A stretch of 64,000 nt of DNA from Marsupella aquatica (taxonomy: Eukaryota > Plantae > Marchantiophyta), in contig OZ316892.1 in the NCBI GenBank assembly GCA_973895155.1, positions 1,130,917 through 1,194,916 on the forward strand, in the 5' to 3' direction. The translations under genes were made by a program, and so were the position numbers. Positions 26,611 through 38,447 of this stretch are shown piece after piece; positions within the stretch are counted from its first letter, which is position 1, and the number at the start of each line of letters is the position of its first letter. The notes under the pieces are model-generated. The model did no database searches and was not told the origin of the DNA. It saw nothing but the letters and a program-made list of their open reading frames with translations.

Positions 26611-27686
26611 CAAAGTAGAACGCCTATGTTGGATGCATCTACTTTTGACTTTCAAAGCAAAAAGACATTTGGGCTAATTATTCTACATTAACATTACATC
26701 AAAATGACCCAAAATGACTTTATTGATGCAGATGTGAACCATTAGCTCATCACTATTGTAGTGGTCCTGATCTCTATTTTATTCCTATTTCAAGGCTGTC
26801 CTGTTCACTTTATTTCGCTTTTGGAGTTTGCATTTCCCCCATTCCTTTGAGTTTGGTGTTCGTCCTCTATATACCACTTTTTCTTCTACTGTATTTTATT
26901 GTGTTTAGCCATTTTTAATTACATTTTCCCTTCTTTGTTTAACCTCCCTTATTCTGTGGCCCTGAAAACTCTTGAATTGTTATTAACGGAGTTATTGCAA
27001 AGCCACAATAACAGCCCATAAACCTCCAGATGACAAGTACCGGCGCCCTTTCATCTGGTCTAACTTACGTTTTGTAGGGGAAAAACTGGTCTAAGTTTGC
27101 TACATCATCAAACCCACAAGATAACAAAGTGTCCATGTTGTTGCATAAGTGTTGTCATTGCTGCTGTACATTTTGGTGCCTTGCACACCCCTCTGCCTTC
27201 TTCCTCTTTCCTTTTTTAGGGGGGCCTTTTTTTGTTTGCCTTTTCTCCCTCCCTCCCTCCCTCTTCCTATGCCATCCCTACTTCATGCCACCCTCTCCTG
27301 TGGACAGAGGGCTCAGGAGGGAGGGCATAGAAGGAGGACGGAAGGAGGGAGGGAGGGTCCACAGGAAGAGTCAGGATTGGTGGACGAAGCTATTCAGTGT
27401 GGCAGAAAGAGAGACTGCCCCCTGGGCGAGGGTTGTGCAAAATAAGATGAGGTTAATATGGTGCTCCCATACAGAAGAGCATGCAGTGCTGGAAGTTTTG
27501 TTAGGCTGTCGCGTGTGGCATGCAAAAGGTGCAAGTTTAGGACATCTTAAGGTCAGGGAAAAGGACCCTTAATTTAGCTTGTATGTTTCTTCTAAACTAT
27601 GATTTGAACTGAATTGATTGCATGTTTATAAAACTCCAATGCAATTCCATTAAGTATAACAAAACTTCATTGATAGTTACTTCTTG

Positions 27687-28220
27687 GATGAACTAAGGAT
27701 CCACATCTAGTGCAACAGTGTGATGAGCTCATACCTACTGTAGTGGTGCAGTAACTAAGTCTGCAAGTGGGACATGGATACTTTTGGTTTGGGACATGGA
27801 CACTTTTTGTTTTGGCCCGAAGAAACTCACTCAAGAGTTTGTATGTATTCTTCTACAGTCTTATCACTTTTGTTTACTAACCAACTCTGTCCCCAAATTA
27901 ACTACCCATATATACTAATCTACCCCCCCCCACCCAGCAAATGTGTTTGTCGACTTGTCCCCCATTTCATATATCAATTATTACTAAATCAGGAACCCTT
28001 AACCAATGGGAGCAAAAGTCTCATAACCATGATTGAGTTAGGGACAGGATTGATCTGTTTTGGGGGATAGGTTAGTAAAAGGTTGTTAAAATAAATACAT
28101 ACAAACTCTTGAGTTTCTTCATGCCCAAACAAAATAAAGTATCCATGTCCCACTTGGAGCCCTTCGTTACTCTGATAGGCTGCACTCCCTGTTGCACTAG
28201 ATGGGGACCCTTAGCTCATC
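27687..28220. mobile_element. Foldback/MITE: inner element 27764-28156 with long inverted arms inside an outer palindromic element
   Basis: CAAGTGGGACATGGATACTTT / AAAGTATCCATGTCCCACTTG; GAAGAAACTCA..AGAGTTTGTATGTATT / AATACATACAAACTCTTGAGTTTCTTC; outer GATGAACTAAGGATCCACATCTAGTGCAACAG / CTGTTGCACTAGATGGGGACCCTTAGCTCATC. Confidence 0.85.
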
Positions 28221-29190
28221 ACTATTGACTCACACTATTTAAAGTGGCACATTTTAATATATTCTGTTTCCCAATTTGAATTTGCCCTCTTCTTTTAGTT
28301 TGGTGTTCTCTGTACCTCGTCGGCATTTTGTTTGGCCCTTCTATATCGTAAATTGGTCCTTTCTGTGTCTAAAAGTATGGTAGTTTTAGAAACTTATTAA
28401 GCTAAGTAAACTAAAGCAGCGACAACTACAGTATATTTACCACTAAAGGTCGGTGGGGCTTGATAGCAGCTAGCCTGCATAACCCTCCACCTACAAGTTC
28501 AGAGAGGACCACTTGAATGGGAGGATCACCCCACCACATCCTCGTGACATTATGGTGGAGTTTCTTGCCGGTGGACCCTCAAGTCCCAACTTGTAGCCCC
28601 ATGTAAATGTGCTACACGTTTTCCCTTCACATTGTACACACGTTTCCCTTTCATATTTGATGTTATTAAAAACATAAACCACATGTGAGTTAATTAACAA
28701 TGCATGAAAATAGCTTTCACTACAGACAGCTGGAAATGTAATTAATGCATTACAGTAATTCTCCTTTCATTACTGTAATGCCATTGAATTTAATGAGCAA
28801 GAATCAAAAAGTTTGTGTTTGGCCCAAAGCCTGTTTGCTGTTTTGTCTTCTCGGATCTTCACTCATGATCATTAATTAATTTGTTGGGCCTTTGCTTGTT
28901 TTGAGCTAAACATTGAAATGACACTTACTCTCACAATTCACACAAGGGTAGAACAAAATGTGACAAGACATCTAAATTACAAATTCGTGGAGGGCCCTGG
29001 CACAAGATATGCCCAGGGATGTGCCATGGAAACTTGTGTTATCAATAAACGTATTTGTACACTCAAGCTTCATTTGATGAATGTTTTCGAGAGGTTTTTT
29101 TTTTTCAAATGAAATAATGCTTGTCCGGGGGTAAGGAGGTTTACAGATAGGTTTAATTCAAAAGAACATTCTTTTGACTTTGTAGATTGA

Positions 29191-29329
29191 TAAAGTTGTG
29201 TCATCAATGCAAGAGAATAACTCTTTTTTTAATCTTTGCTGCTAGCTAAAGTTGTGTTATCAATGAAAGAGAATAACTCTTTTCTAAATCTTTGTAGCTT
29301 GCTAAAGTTGTGTTATCAATGCAAGAGAA
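29191..29329. repeat. ~56-bp minisatellite, ~2.5 copies
   Basis: TAAAGTTGTGT(C/T)ATCAATG(C/A)AAGAGAATAACTCTTTT..AATCTTTG repeated. Confidence 0.85.
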
Positions 29330-29564
29330 GTTTTTTTTTATAGGAATCTTTCTTTCCTTCTTTTCAGCTAAAAAGCGATTTTCCCTAAGGTTTCCAAGCA
29401 TTAGCCTTTTATTTGTTTACTATTCACTTTTCATAGAAATCATATTTTCCTACTTTTAAACTTGATTTTTCATGCTTTCACTCCAAGCATGTTGAATTTA
29501 TTTTGCTGATTTGACTCACAAGTATAGACTTATCTAAACCCAGATTCGTTTTTTCCCCTCCTTT

Positions 29565-29612
29565 TGTGTGTGTGTGTGGGGGGGGGGGGGGGGGTTAGGG
29601 TTTAGGGTTTAG
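29565..29612 (+). repeat. (TG)n - G17 - telomere-type TTAGGG/TTTAGGG tract
   Basis: TGTGTGTGTGTGT, then 17 G, then TTAGGG TTTAGGG TTTAG. Confidence 0.85.
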
Positions 29613-29677
29613 CTCCAATATTGGCAGTTAGGTAGATGCTTGTGAGGTAACTAACACATGTTCTCTCACAAAGGTAG

Positions 29678-29881
29678 TTGAAGTTTATTTTCCATGCCTG
29701 GCTCAAGACCATATTTTGTGTCTCCGCAGAGGTAAATCAAGCACACCTTCTCCATACCATATTTTGCAGCCTTGATGTCATATGGTGGCACTTCAAGCCA
29801 AACAATTCCAACAGCCATAGAGATGCTCACAATCGAGCTCATGAATTGGCTCAAGAGGCAAGAAACTTGGTTTTAAAATAA
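29678..29881 (+). pseudogene. Degenerate RNase H-like fragment, probably from a plant LINE
   Basis: ...IWWHFKP...HRDAHNRAHELAQEA resembles the C-terminal H-x-x-R-E-x-N-x-x-A-H-x-L-A motif of plant retroelement RNase H domains. Confidence 0.4.
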
Positions 29882-31295
29882 TGTCCATTTTTTTCCTGCT
29901 GACAGTGGCCATGAAAATAACAATGTCAGGCCATTGTTAGCAGGCGAATGAGGTACAAAGACCTCAAGCCCTCCTTCATACCTTAATCCTAAAACTTGCA
30001 ACCCCAATTGTTTTTCTCCTTCATCTCAGGTTTGATGAGGCTCATTGGAAAGTTTTGGGAAACTCATTTCTTTAAACAAAACCACAGTAAGTAGGTGATT
30101 TGTCGTGGTTTCAAGGCACAGGATTTGATTCTCAACATTTCGTCATGGTTCGTGGTTGCAACGAGGAAAATCAGCATCTGATGGACTGCTTTGAAACGGT
30201 TTCCAATTGGAAATGCAACGGAAAGTGGACTAGAGACGAGAAAGCCAGGAAAAATGACATCGACCTCCTTCCACATCGCTCTTTTGTGAGTGTCCTGGAT
30301 ACAGATTTTTACCTGGGGATGGACCTGATTTTTACCTGGGGATGGACCTGTGAGCAAACGAGAGCTGAGAATACCCAGAACGAAAGTTTGAGTACAGAAC
30401 ATGAGATATACACCTGAGTCCACATAAGGCTGGTTGTCAATCTTTGCCATGTAAATTGAATGCCTCGATGACTAGTCCCAAGTCATCGGATCAGAAATCG
30501 AAACCAGGTTAGAAACCAAGGAAATTGATACGGTGAGCATTGCGAAATCCACCCTTTGCAGATCACCAGTCACTGAGATGTGGGCATGACCTACCTCAAG
30601 CTTTTCATTTTGAATACTAACGAAACAGGTCCTATCTCTCTTTCCCTACCCATCAAACAAAACGTTTCCCTACGATAGTGTCACCGACGCCGGTGGCCAC
30701 TGTCGGCCACCTCCTCTAGCTTACAGTCAGTACTCTGCTCATTTCCTCTCCCAAACTAGCTCACTCCCCATTTCAAATGTCCACAAAAACAAATCACTTA
30801 ATTTACGGATCTATCAATCACTCTTCTCATAATTGTCCAGAGTAAATAGTATGTCAGAGCTTTTTGATAACGGAGATCATGAAAAGAAACCCAACTCACA
30901 ATAATTGTTTGAGATCAATGGTTTGTGGAGGAAGACGTATACCATCTCCAATCGCGGTCTCCAGTATAAGTGGAAGCCGGCTTAGCTTCCAGTGTTAACT
31001 AAAGTTTTAAATCCTAGAACTCTGGCACCGATTTCCGAGCAAAGAAGAGCAGGGAGCCCAAAACAGACGAAAGGAATTCCAAAAACAGAGGAATGGAATT
31101 CATTCGAATCTAACTGGACACGCAGCACCGCATTAAATGGATCCTTACCGTGCACTTGCAGCAACTACTGTGGAATTCTGGCGGTTATCTAGTATATACA
31201 TCAGTCACCGTAAGAAGTGCATAAAGTTCAACATTTCTCAATGCGCAGTTGTCCTAGAGCTTCCATAACCAACAGGAGATAAGATGGTATGCCTT

Positions 31296-33328
31296 CTAGT
31301 TGGAGAGCTGTGGGTCGCTACTCTCCTGTACTGATGGAGCGTCCGCTTTCCAATCCGAAATGGTTGTTCTATCTTCTTCCCGAGAATTCTCGACCTGATT
31401 TTCCAAGCCGAAAGGATACTCCATTCTCTCGCCGAAAAGCTTTCCATTCTTTGGGGTGAGCTCCTCCTTTGGAAGTAGAGCTAGCCACAACCCGGTATCA
31501 GCTCCTTGCGCAGGGGCCTTCAGCGCAAACCCTGGTGAAAGTGTTGATAACCCTTCTTCAATTAATGTAGACATCATATCTGTCTTGACAGCTCCAGGAC
31601 AAAAGCTTGTTATCAGTATTTTGTGAACTTCAGGTTGCGATACTGAAAGATATTTTGCCAGCGCCTTGAAGAAAACAATTAGGAATATTTTGGATTCGCT
31701 GTAGATAGGGGCATTATCCGCTCCTCCGATTATCCAACCTTCCTCATCCCACCGTCCGGCTTTGATGTCGTCAAGATACTTAGTAGCCAGAGAGTCGGCA
31801 AGCTCCTCACTGTAATTGTCCTCAATTGTAAACTTTTGTTTGAGTGTCTCTGACCTGAAACGCTGGGTACACGACAAGGAATCCATTTTCATGCACCGTG
31901 TTAGCTTACTTCCAAGAAAATAATCGAAGTAAGAAACTGCCAAACAGGTCATGAGTTCCCAGCGTCACTAGGACCCATGTCAGGACTACAGTTGAGTCTA
32001 ATACGACTCCTTTCGTAGTTAGTATTTAGTCTCTTTGCATGTAGTTCGAGTTCATGGAAACTTGAGAAGGAATGATTGAGACTTAACAGCTCCTTGGCTT
32101 GAAGACAAGTTCGAAGCATTCCTACCCTTTTCACCGGTGCACTTTGGGACAAAAATCTGGCTGGCCAGAGCTACGATTTAGGTCACATACCGAATAGAAA
32201 CCCGCTCTAGAAGTACAGTTGACAATGCGAGCTCCAGCAGGGGACGGGCGCAGCAATGGCAACAACCGTTTCGTCACATTCTTGGTACCGTAGAAGTTAC
32301 TGTCTATGACCGCCTTGGCATTTTCGTATGTGAAGGCAAAGCCGGCTGGTCCAGCTACTATTGCAGCATTGTTCACCTGAAAATAATCCATTAGCCATTA
32401 CAGGCAAACAACTACATCTATGACGAGAGTGAGCCTTGAAATCAATTTCTGCCTGAGTGAATCGTTAATGATTAACATGGAGGTCTTCTAAACTCGAAGG
32501 GTCGGCTAATTGTGATCGTCGAGCTTCTGTATCAGCTCAGTCAACACCACTCACCAGAATGTCGATCCCACCAAACTGGCTTTCCAACCAGACTGCTAAC
32601 GTCTCAATTGATGTTGAGCTTGTGAGGTCCAGTTGGTGGAACAAGACGGAATTCTGCCCAGCGGCCTTTAGGGCATCAAGAGCAGCTTTGCCTTTCGCCG
32701 GGTCTCGTGCTGTCAAGACAACAGTCAAACCCTGGTCCGCAAGGCCACGAACGATCTCATAGCCTATTCCCTTGTTGGCTCCACTCACCACAGCAACTGT
32801 GTCCTTCGACCACCACGGTCTGTACACCAGTACACAAGTTACAGAACACAATTAGAGCTCGCAAGGATGAAAAAATACGGGCTCCACTGTCGATTACGTT
32901 TTAGTCCTGCCCGGCTTTCAAGATTGACACCTGAGTAGATGAGACGTGAAAACCGTCAATTGAATATTGCCAAATTGATCTTTCTGTCAGGATTGGAAGA
33001 GTTCAATATTAGCTAAGCGCCAATCCCTTTGCTATCAGGGAAGCGAGAATAAAACAACGGAGCCACAGAACTCCAATGGACGAATTGCAAATGATGATCT
33101 AAAGTCCCTCCAAATCGTAGATAGTCATTTCTGCTCAACGAACGAATCAGCGAGAATCTATGTGAGTACTTCCAGATCAACACCTGGGGACGTAGTTTGA
33201 CGGACCAACTGAACATCAGAAGTGGACTGTCATCATCCAAGTGTAAACGAATGCCGAAATAAATGATTGCATGAAGTCAACCAAGAACACAGGATCTTAA
33301 AATTGACTCACTTCGAGTCAGCATTCAT
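31296..33328 (-). CDS. Short-chain dehydrogenase/reductase, carbonyl reductase 1 / neomenthol-dehydrogenase-like, ~344 aa; exons 33328-33312, 32819-32555, 32376-32191, 31862-31296
   Basis: WWSKDTVAVVSGANKGIG (Rossmann motif), FHQLDL, FGGIDILVNNAA, NFYGTK, GARIVN, catalytic YSESK, FCPGAVKTDM, GADTGLWLALLP. Canonical GT-AG introns with matching phases. Confidence 0.9.
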
Positions 33329-33426
33329 AGTTTCGGTGAGATTGGATTTGCCGAACGAATGCTTAATCAATCCACAATCGTACGATGCAGAAAATATATG
33401 TGTAGATATGTTTCCTTATGTTTCCT

Positions 33427-33858
33427 GAGAGTTTTCCGACTGTTATGAGAGTCCACTTCACAGAAACAACCAATAGCAATCGTGAGTCAAAATTTCAATC
33501 GTCTCACTGACTCCACCACACATACAACACAAACAGTCAGAGCACCCTCTTCTGTGACTCGTTATCTGGAATGGATCGCTCACAAGAAAAAAAATAGCTT
33601 ACCAATGCCCCGTTGTCACTGCCTGTACGTCGACGAATGCGTTACCGGCAGCCTGAGAAAATGACACACAATCAACGAAAAGACTGAAAGAAAGTGATAA
33701 GTGATAAGTCGTTGTGATTCATGCTGTCGAATGGATTGTGCCCTAAAAGTTCGCTTAATGCGCTCCCGATTAATGTTGAGGGTTTACGGTTTAGGAAACC
33801 CTCAACCGCTCGAAGTCAACAACCGTAATAAATCCCTCCCAAACAATAAATCGAAACT
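33427..33858. repeat. Copy 1 of a ~430-bp dispersed duplication upstream of the SDR gene
   Basis: GAGAGTTTTCCGACTGTTATGAGAGTCCACTT...TTTCAATCGTCTCAC.GACTCCACCACACAT...GATCGCTCACAAGA...ACCGTAATAA..TCCCAAACAAT aligns with 34849-35265. Confidence 0.85.
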
Positions 33859-33937
33859 TTATCGAGGATACATCGAGCTACAGTAGCGACGGCCTTACCA
33901 TCACATAAATCTATCTGTTCTGATGTCCCCACACTAG

Positions 33938-34450
33938 GTTCCCGAGCTACACTCATGGTGAGTCTGCATAGCTACGGAAAGCCTAGGAATCCACAGGGGA
34001 AATGCTGTCCAAGCTACAATCGTGAGCTATAAGTAGGGAAATCCAGAAATCCACAGGGGAAATGGTTTCCAAGCTACAGTAACGAGGGCTCTGTAGGGAA
34101 TATCCAAATGATTCCCAAGCTACAGTACTGAGGGCACTAGGCAAGTATATTCAAATCGTTCCCAAGCTATACTAGTGAGGGCTCTACATGCAATATCCAA
34201 ATTGTTCCCAAGGGATAGCGGTGAGAAGGGCTCTAGAGGGCATATCCAGGAATTTACACAGGAATGGTTCCCAAGCTACAGTGGTGACACTTCCAATCCG
34301 CCTGTATCTGGACAGCATCTAGGGACATCCAGGAATCCACAAGGAGGAATGTCAGATGGGTGAACTGAGAGATCCGCCTGTACCTGGACCGCATAGGGAA
34401 AATTCAGGAATCCCCAAGGAGGAATTGCCAGATAAGTGAACTGAGAGATC
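33938..34450. repeat. Degenerate minisatellite with recurring TTCCCAAGCTACAGT and AGGAATCCACAGG motifs
   Basis: About 7 CCAAGCTACA-like cores spaced ~45-70 bp, then two CCGCCTGTA..TGGAC..AGGAATCC..AAGGAGGAAT..CAGAT..GTGAACTGAGAGATC units. Confidence 0.75.
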
Positions 34451-34848
34451 TCCACAACTTACTGGGTTTGCTTATTGTAACATTATTCTGAGCAACAATC
34501 TAGCCAACAGGACAAGCCGATTGGATATTGGACATTCTTGGGTTACTGGAACTGAGGGGCACTAGAGTCAATTACTCTTAAGTCTGGATTCATAACGTAC
34601 CTGGTTTCCCATTCAAAGATCTATCCAACGGTGCAAATTTGAGGAGAAGAGGTTTTCTAGTAACGTAGGGTGGCTTTATAGGGTGCATTCCTTTACAAGT
34701 CATGGGGGGCAGTTTCAGAAATTTTCTGTTGTAGAAGCTGTGATCAGGGCCATCCACTTGGGAGATAAGCTTCTGTTCACTTTACAAAACACTGGGAGCA
34801 GTTTTTTTGTCAATCGTACGATGCAGACACTACGGAGCTATGCTTTTT

Positions 34849-35265
34849 GAGAGTTTCTCGATTGTCATGAGAGTCCACTTGACAGACACAACCAATTGCA
34901 ATCGCATGTCATTATTTCAATCGTCTCACAGACTCCACCACACATGCAACTCCAACATTCAGTCCGAGAATCCTGTGACTACTTGTCTGGAATGCATCGA
35001 TCGCTCACAAGAGAAAACCTAGCTCACCATTGTCTCGATGTCGCGGCCCGTACGACGAATGCATGTCCGGCCCTTTTAGAAACTTCACACAGTAGACAGA
35101 AAGCCGACAGTGACGGAAAACTGACAATCATAAGTTACTATGACGGATGATCTGCAATGGATTGTTCGGAATAAAAACTCGCTACCAACCCTCTCGATGT
35201 CTTCGCTGCTTGAAGAAATGAATCTTATGCGACCGTAATAATCAATCCCAAACAATCAATCAAAG
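34849..35265. repeat. Copy 2 of the ~430-bp duplication upstream of the SDR gene
   Basis: Colinear, diverged match to 33427-33858. Confidence 0.85.
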
Positions 35266-38200
35266 ATTTGGAAGTCCTGATGAGAAACTGACCGCCCTTG
35301 GTTGTGAACTGTAGAAAACTTGTCGCCGTGCGAGGCAACCCGAGGCTGGAGCCGTTCCAAGCTATCTGCGGGGAATCACGTTGCTGCTGTACAGTCATTC
35401 TCTCGAAAACGTTTATTATTACTATATTGTAGTTCTAAGCAAAACAACTCTCATTTCTAGCTTTTGATTGAAATTGAAGTTAAGCCTGAGATTTGTTCTA
35501 TTTTACTTACCCTGGAAATCAAGCTTTAATGAAAAAATGACAGAATGAAATACAGCACGGGAGATCACCGACAACTGGTAGATTTGTTCTATTGCCTCTT
35601 GCTCTCCACTCACAAAGTGTCGATAATTTCATCCAAAGTGAACTAAGCGACAGGACTGCCTGATTGCGAGGTACGTACCCCCAGAGTTCCTTCTCTCAAG
35701 TGATTCCCCCGCACCGGCCCCTGGCTGTGAAGCCATCTCCGGACCGCTCGATGATGAACGAAGTCGCACGATTAACTGAACATGTAGTGAAAATATTGCC
35801 GCAACGATTCGCTGGAGCAAGACTTGAAGTCGATCATCATGACAAAACTAGTCGATGGTGGTCGAAATTCTACTGGCAAGGAGCGTTCACTCCAGCAAGA
35901 CGTTACTCTAAAGTCAGGACTCCCCGGAATCGCAGGGGAGATTGCGAACCGTTGCGACAAGATTCGGACAAGCCCAAATGAGAGTTGCACAGATCTATCC
36001 GTAGTACCAGACGTGCTTGAAGGCATCTCGACCAGTTCACTGCTCTGTCTGGGCTGATACACATCCCGCGTTGGCCATCTCGAAAACATCCCGCATTGGC
36101 CATCTCGAAAGGACGTAGCTGTGTTTCAAGCGGGATATTCCGGATAACAGCATCACTCTCCTGTCGCCTCAGTGAACATGATACGCTCCAGCATCTCCCG
36201 TACCTGTTTGAAGGTGTCTTCAATCCGGGCGAGGCAGAATCTGAGCTACCGCCGCTTCCATCTGCTGCCGGGAAAACATCTCCACTAGCTACCCCAACCG
36301 TCGAAAGGGAGGATTTCGCTTTTGGGCTCTGACATTGTTCTCCTCCCTATTCTGCAATAGATGGCTCTGTTCGCGTACGACGCTTTGGAGATCTCTCACA
36401 AGCTGACTGGGATTTTCTGCGACGTGGCCGACTACGCTCGTGTACTTTTAGGATGCCTGCTGCTTTCTTTGATATTGTTTTCCTTTTAATTTACGGACGG
36501 CTTCCTTCATCTGAATCTTACTTTCATATGTATGTAAAGTTGTGGTCCAATCAATCATGGTACTGATTTGGCAATCATGTAATTGCGGAACCGATGGCAA
36601 ATGACATCGGTAAAGCAAGGTTTTCGAGAAGCTGGGGAACTTGTAGCTGTTGTAGGATTTATGTCCGCCAAAATACTAGAATTCTCGCACTTACGTTCTC
36701 GCATTGGACAGGCGATAAACTAGATGCTTTTTGAAGTTACTCCAACACTTTCTGTATTCAGTTTAACAGAGTGATTGAAATTTGGCTGACTATCTTTGAT
36801 CATGGAATTGCTTTTAGAGTTTACCATTGCATATCAAATATACTGATTGCCTGGAATTTCCTTCTACGATGGTGATATGATTGATAACTTTGGCTCTCGC
36901 AAGGAGAGCTAGCCAAGTGAGTGAGGAGTCCAAGGAGGACCATTGTCAAACCAGCAGTTTGCCCAGCTTGCCGAACAATCGTTTAGATAACACTGTCTGG
37001 AAGATTCTTAGTTCGTGCATTCTCATCATCGTTCGGAAACCTGAACAGAACAGACGCTTTGCCATGATTGACGAAACCAAAACAACTTTATCAACTCCTT
37101 CAGGAATATTAGCGAAGAAAGCAAGGCATAATGACGTTTGCTGGGATTGGGGCTGTTTCCACAGGTACTGAAATTGTTTATTTAGGCGAGAGTTTCAGAG
37201 GAGCTACGAGTTTCAGAGCACTGTCGACTGGTCGTTAACAAATGGCCGTTTTTCAGTGTTGGTCATGGGAAACTTACACATCTAGATCATAGCAATTAAA
37301 GAAACAAATGAGACATCTAAATGTGTAAACGAACAAATGAGATATCTGAATGACTAAACCCTACAGTCACTGCCAAAATTCTCATTTGTGAAGGGATACT
37401 GTGATTCACTCTCTAACGTCCGGAACTATTGCACAAGGAACAACACGACTGAATCTACTAAGGACGGGATCTTAGTCATTTTTAAAAGTACCAATAGTGT
37501 GATAAGCACTGACGAACTGACAGGGTACCGACTGTCAGTCACACTTAAACAGCGAGTCTCCAACCTGATTGACTCAGATGAACAATACACTGAGGCGCCA
37601 ACGAACGGCATATAGCATGCAGCTGGTTTCCGTTATCGAATACGGAATGTGTCCTTCGAGCCACCAAAGAGAAGCAGGCGAGGAAATACCACGAGATCGC
37701 CAAACGAACGACTCATCGATCGACATGAATTGATTAAACACGTTCTCAACTCAAAGACTTGCCTTTGGTGTAGGTCGGCGCAGGCTAAGGTCATTGTTTT
37801 CAAAATCATACAACAGGACGTACAGTTGCGAAACGTCTATTCATGTTTGTATGTAATAATTGAATCTCACTTTAAAGGTGAACAAATGTTATACGTAGAG
37901 ATGGGTCCCTAAATAGCTCGGGGAGGAAGCGTGAAGTGAATCTATTTTCCACTGTTTACGTTGCCTTCTCTTGAATCAGCTATGGAATCGCCTCACGAAC
38001 ATGTGTACCCGTACGTACTGGTCACGCCTTAAATCGGCTTGGCGGACCAGAAGATACCGGAATCAATCATACATATCTAGATCTCGTGACTGGTTAATTT
38101 TACTACGAGCAAAGTTTCCGGAACCTGAGAAGAAAGCTTTCTAATTCAGGATTGATGCCTGTTTTGTTGACTCGCATCACGAACTGAATTGGCTGCATAC

Positions 38201-38447
38201 GAATGCGGTTGACTACCTCGAACTCTCGCTAGCGGGCTCGCTAGTTCCAGTCGAAACCGCGGAGTAGTGATCGGAACTGAATTCTCTCACAGATCGAGCC
38301 GGCAGTCTGTAGGGAGTCCCGAGGCTCAGTGACATTCAGAACGACCCGAATTGAAGCCCAACTTCAGTAGCGAACGTACTAATAAGCTCCTAATGCCTCC
38401 TATCTGCGAGACCGGATCATCGATCGATCAGCGGTTTGAAACTAGCT

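Noticed and set aside
33938-34290. CRISPR-like repeat/spacer pattern
   Set aside because: Cores are short and degenerate, the intervening sequences are related to each other, there are no cas genes, and the context is eukaryotic.
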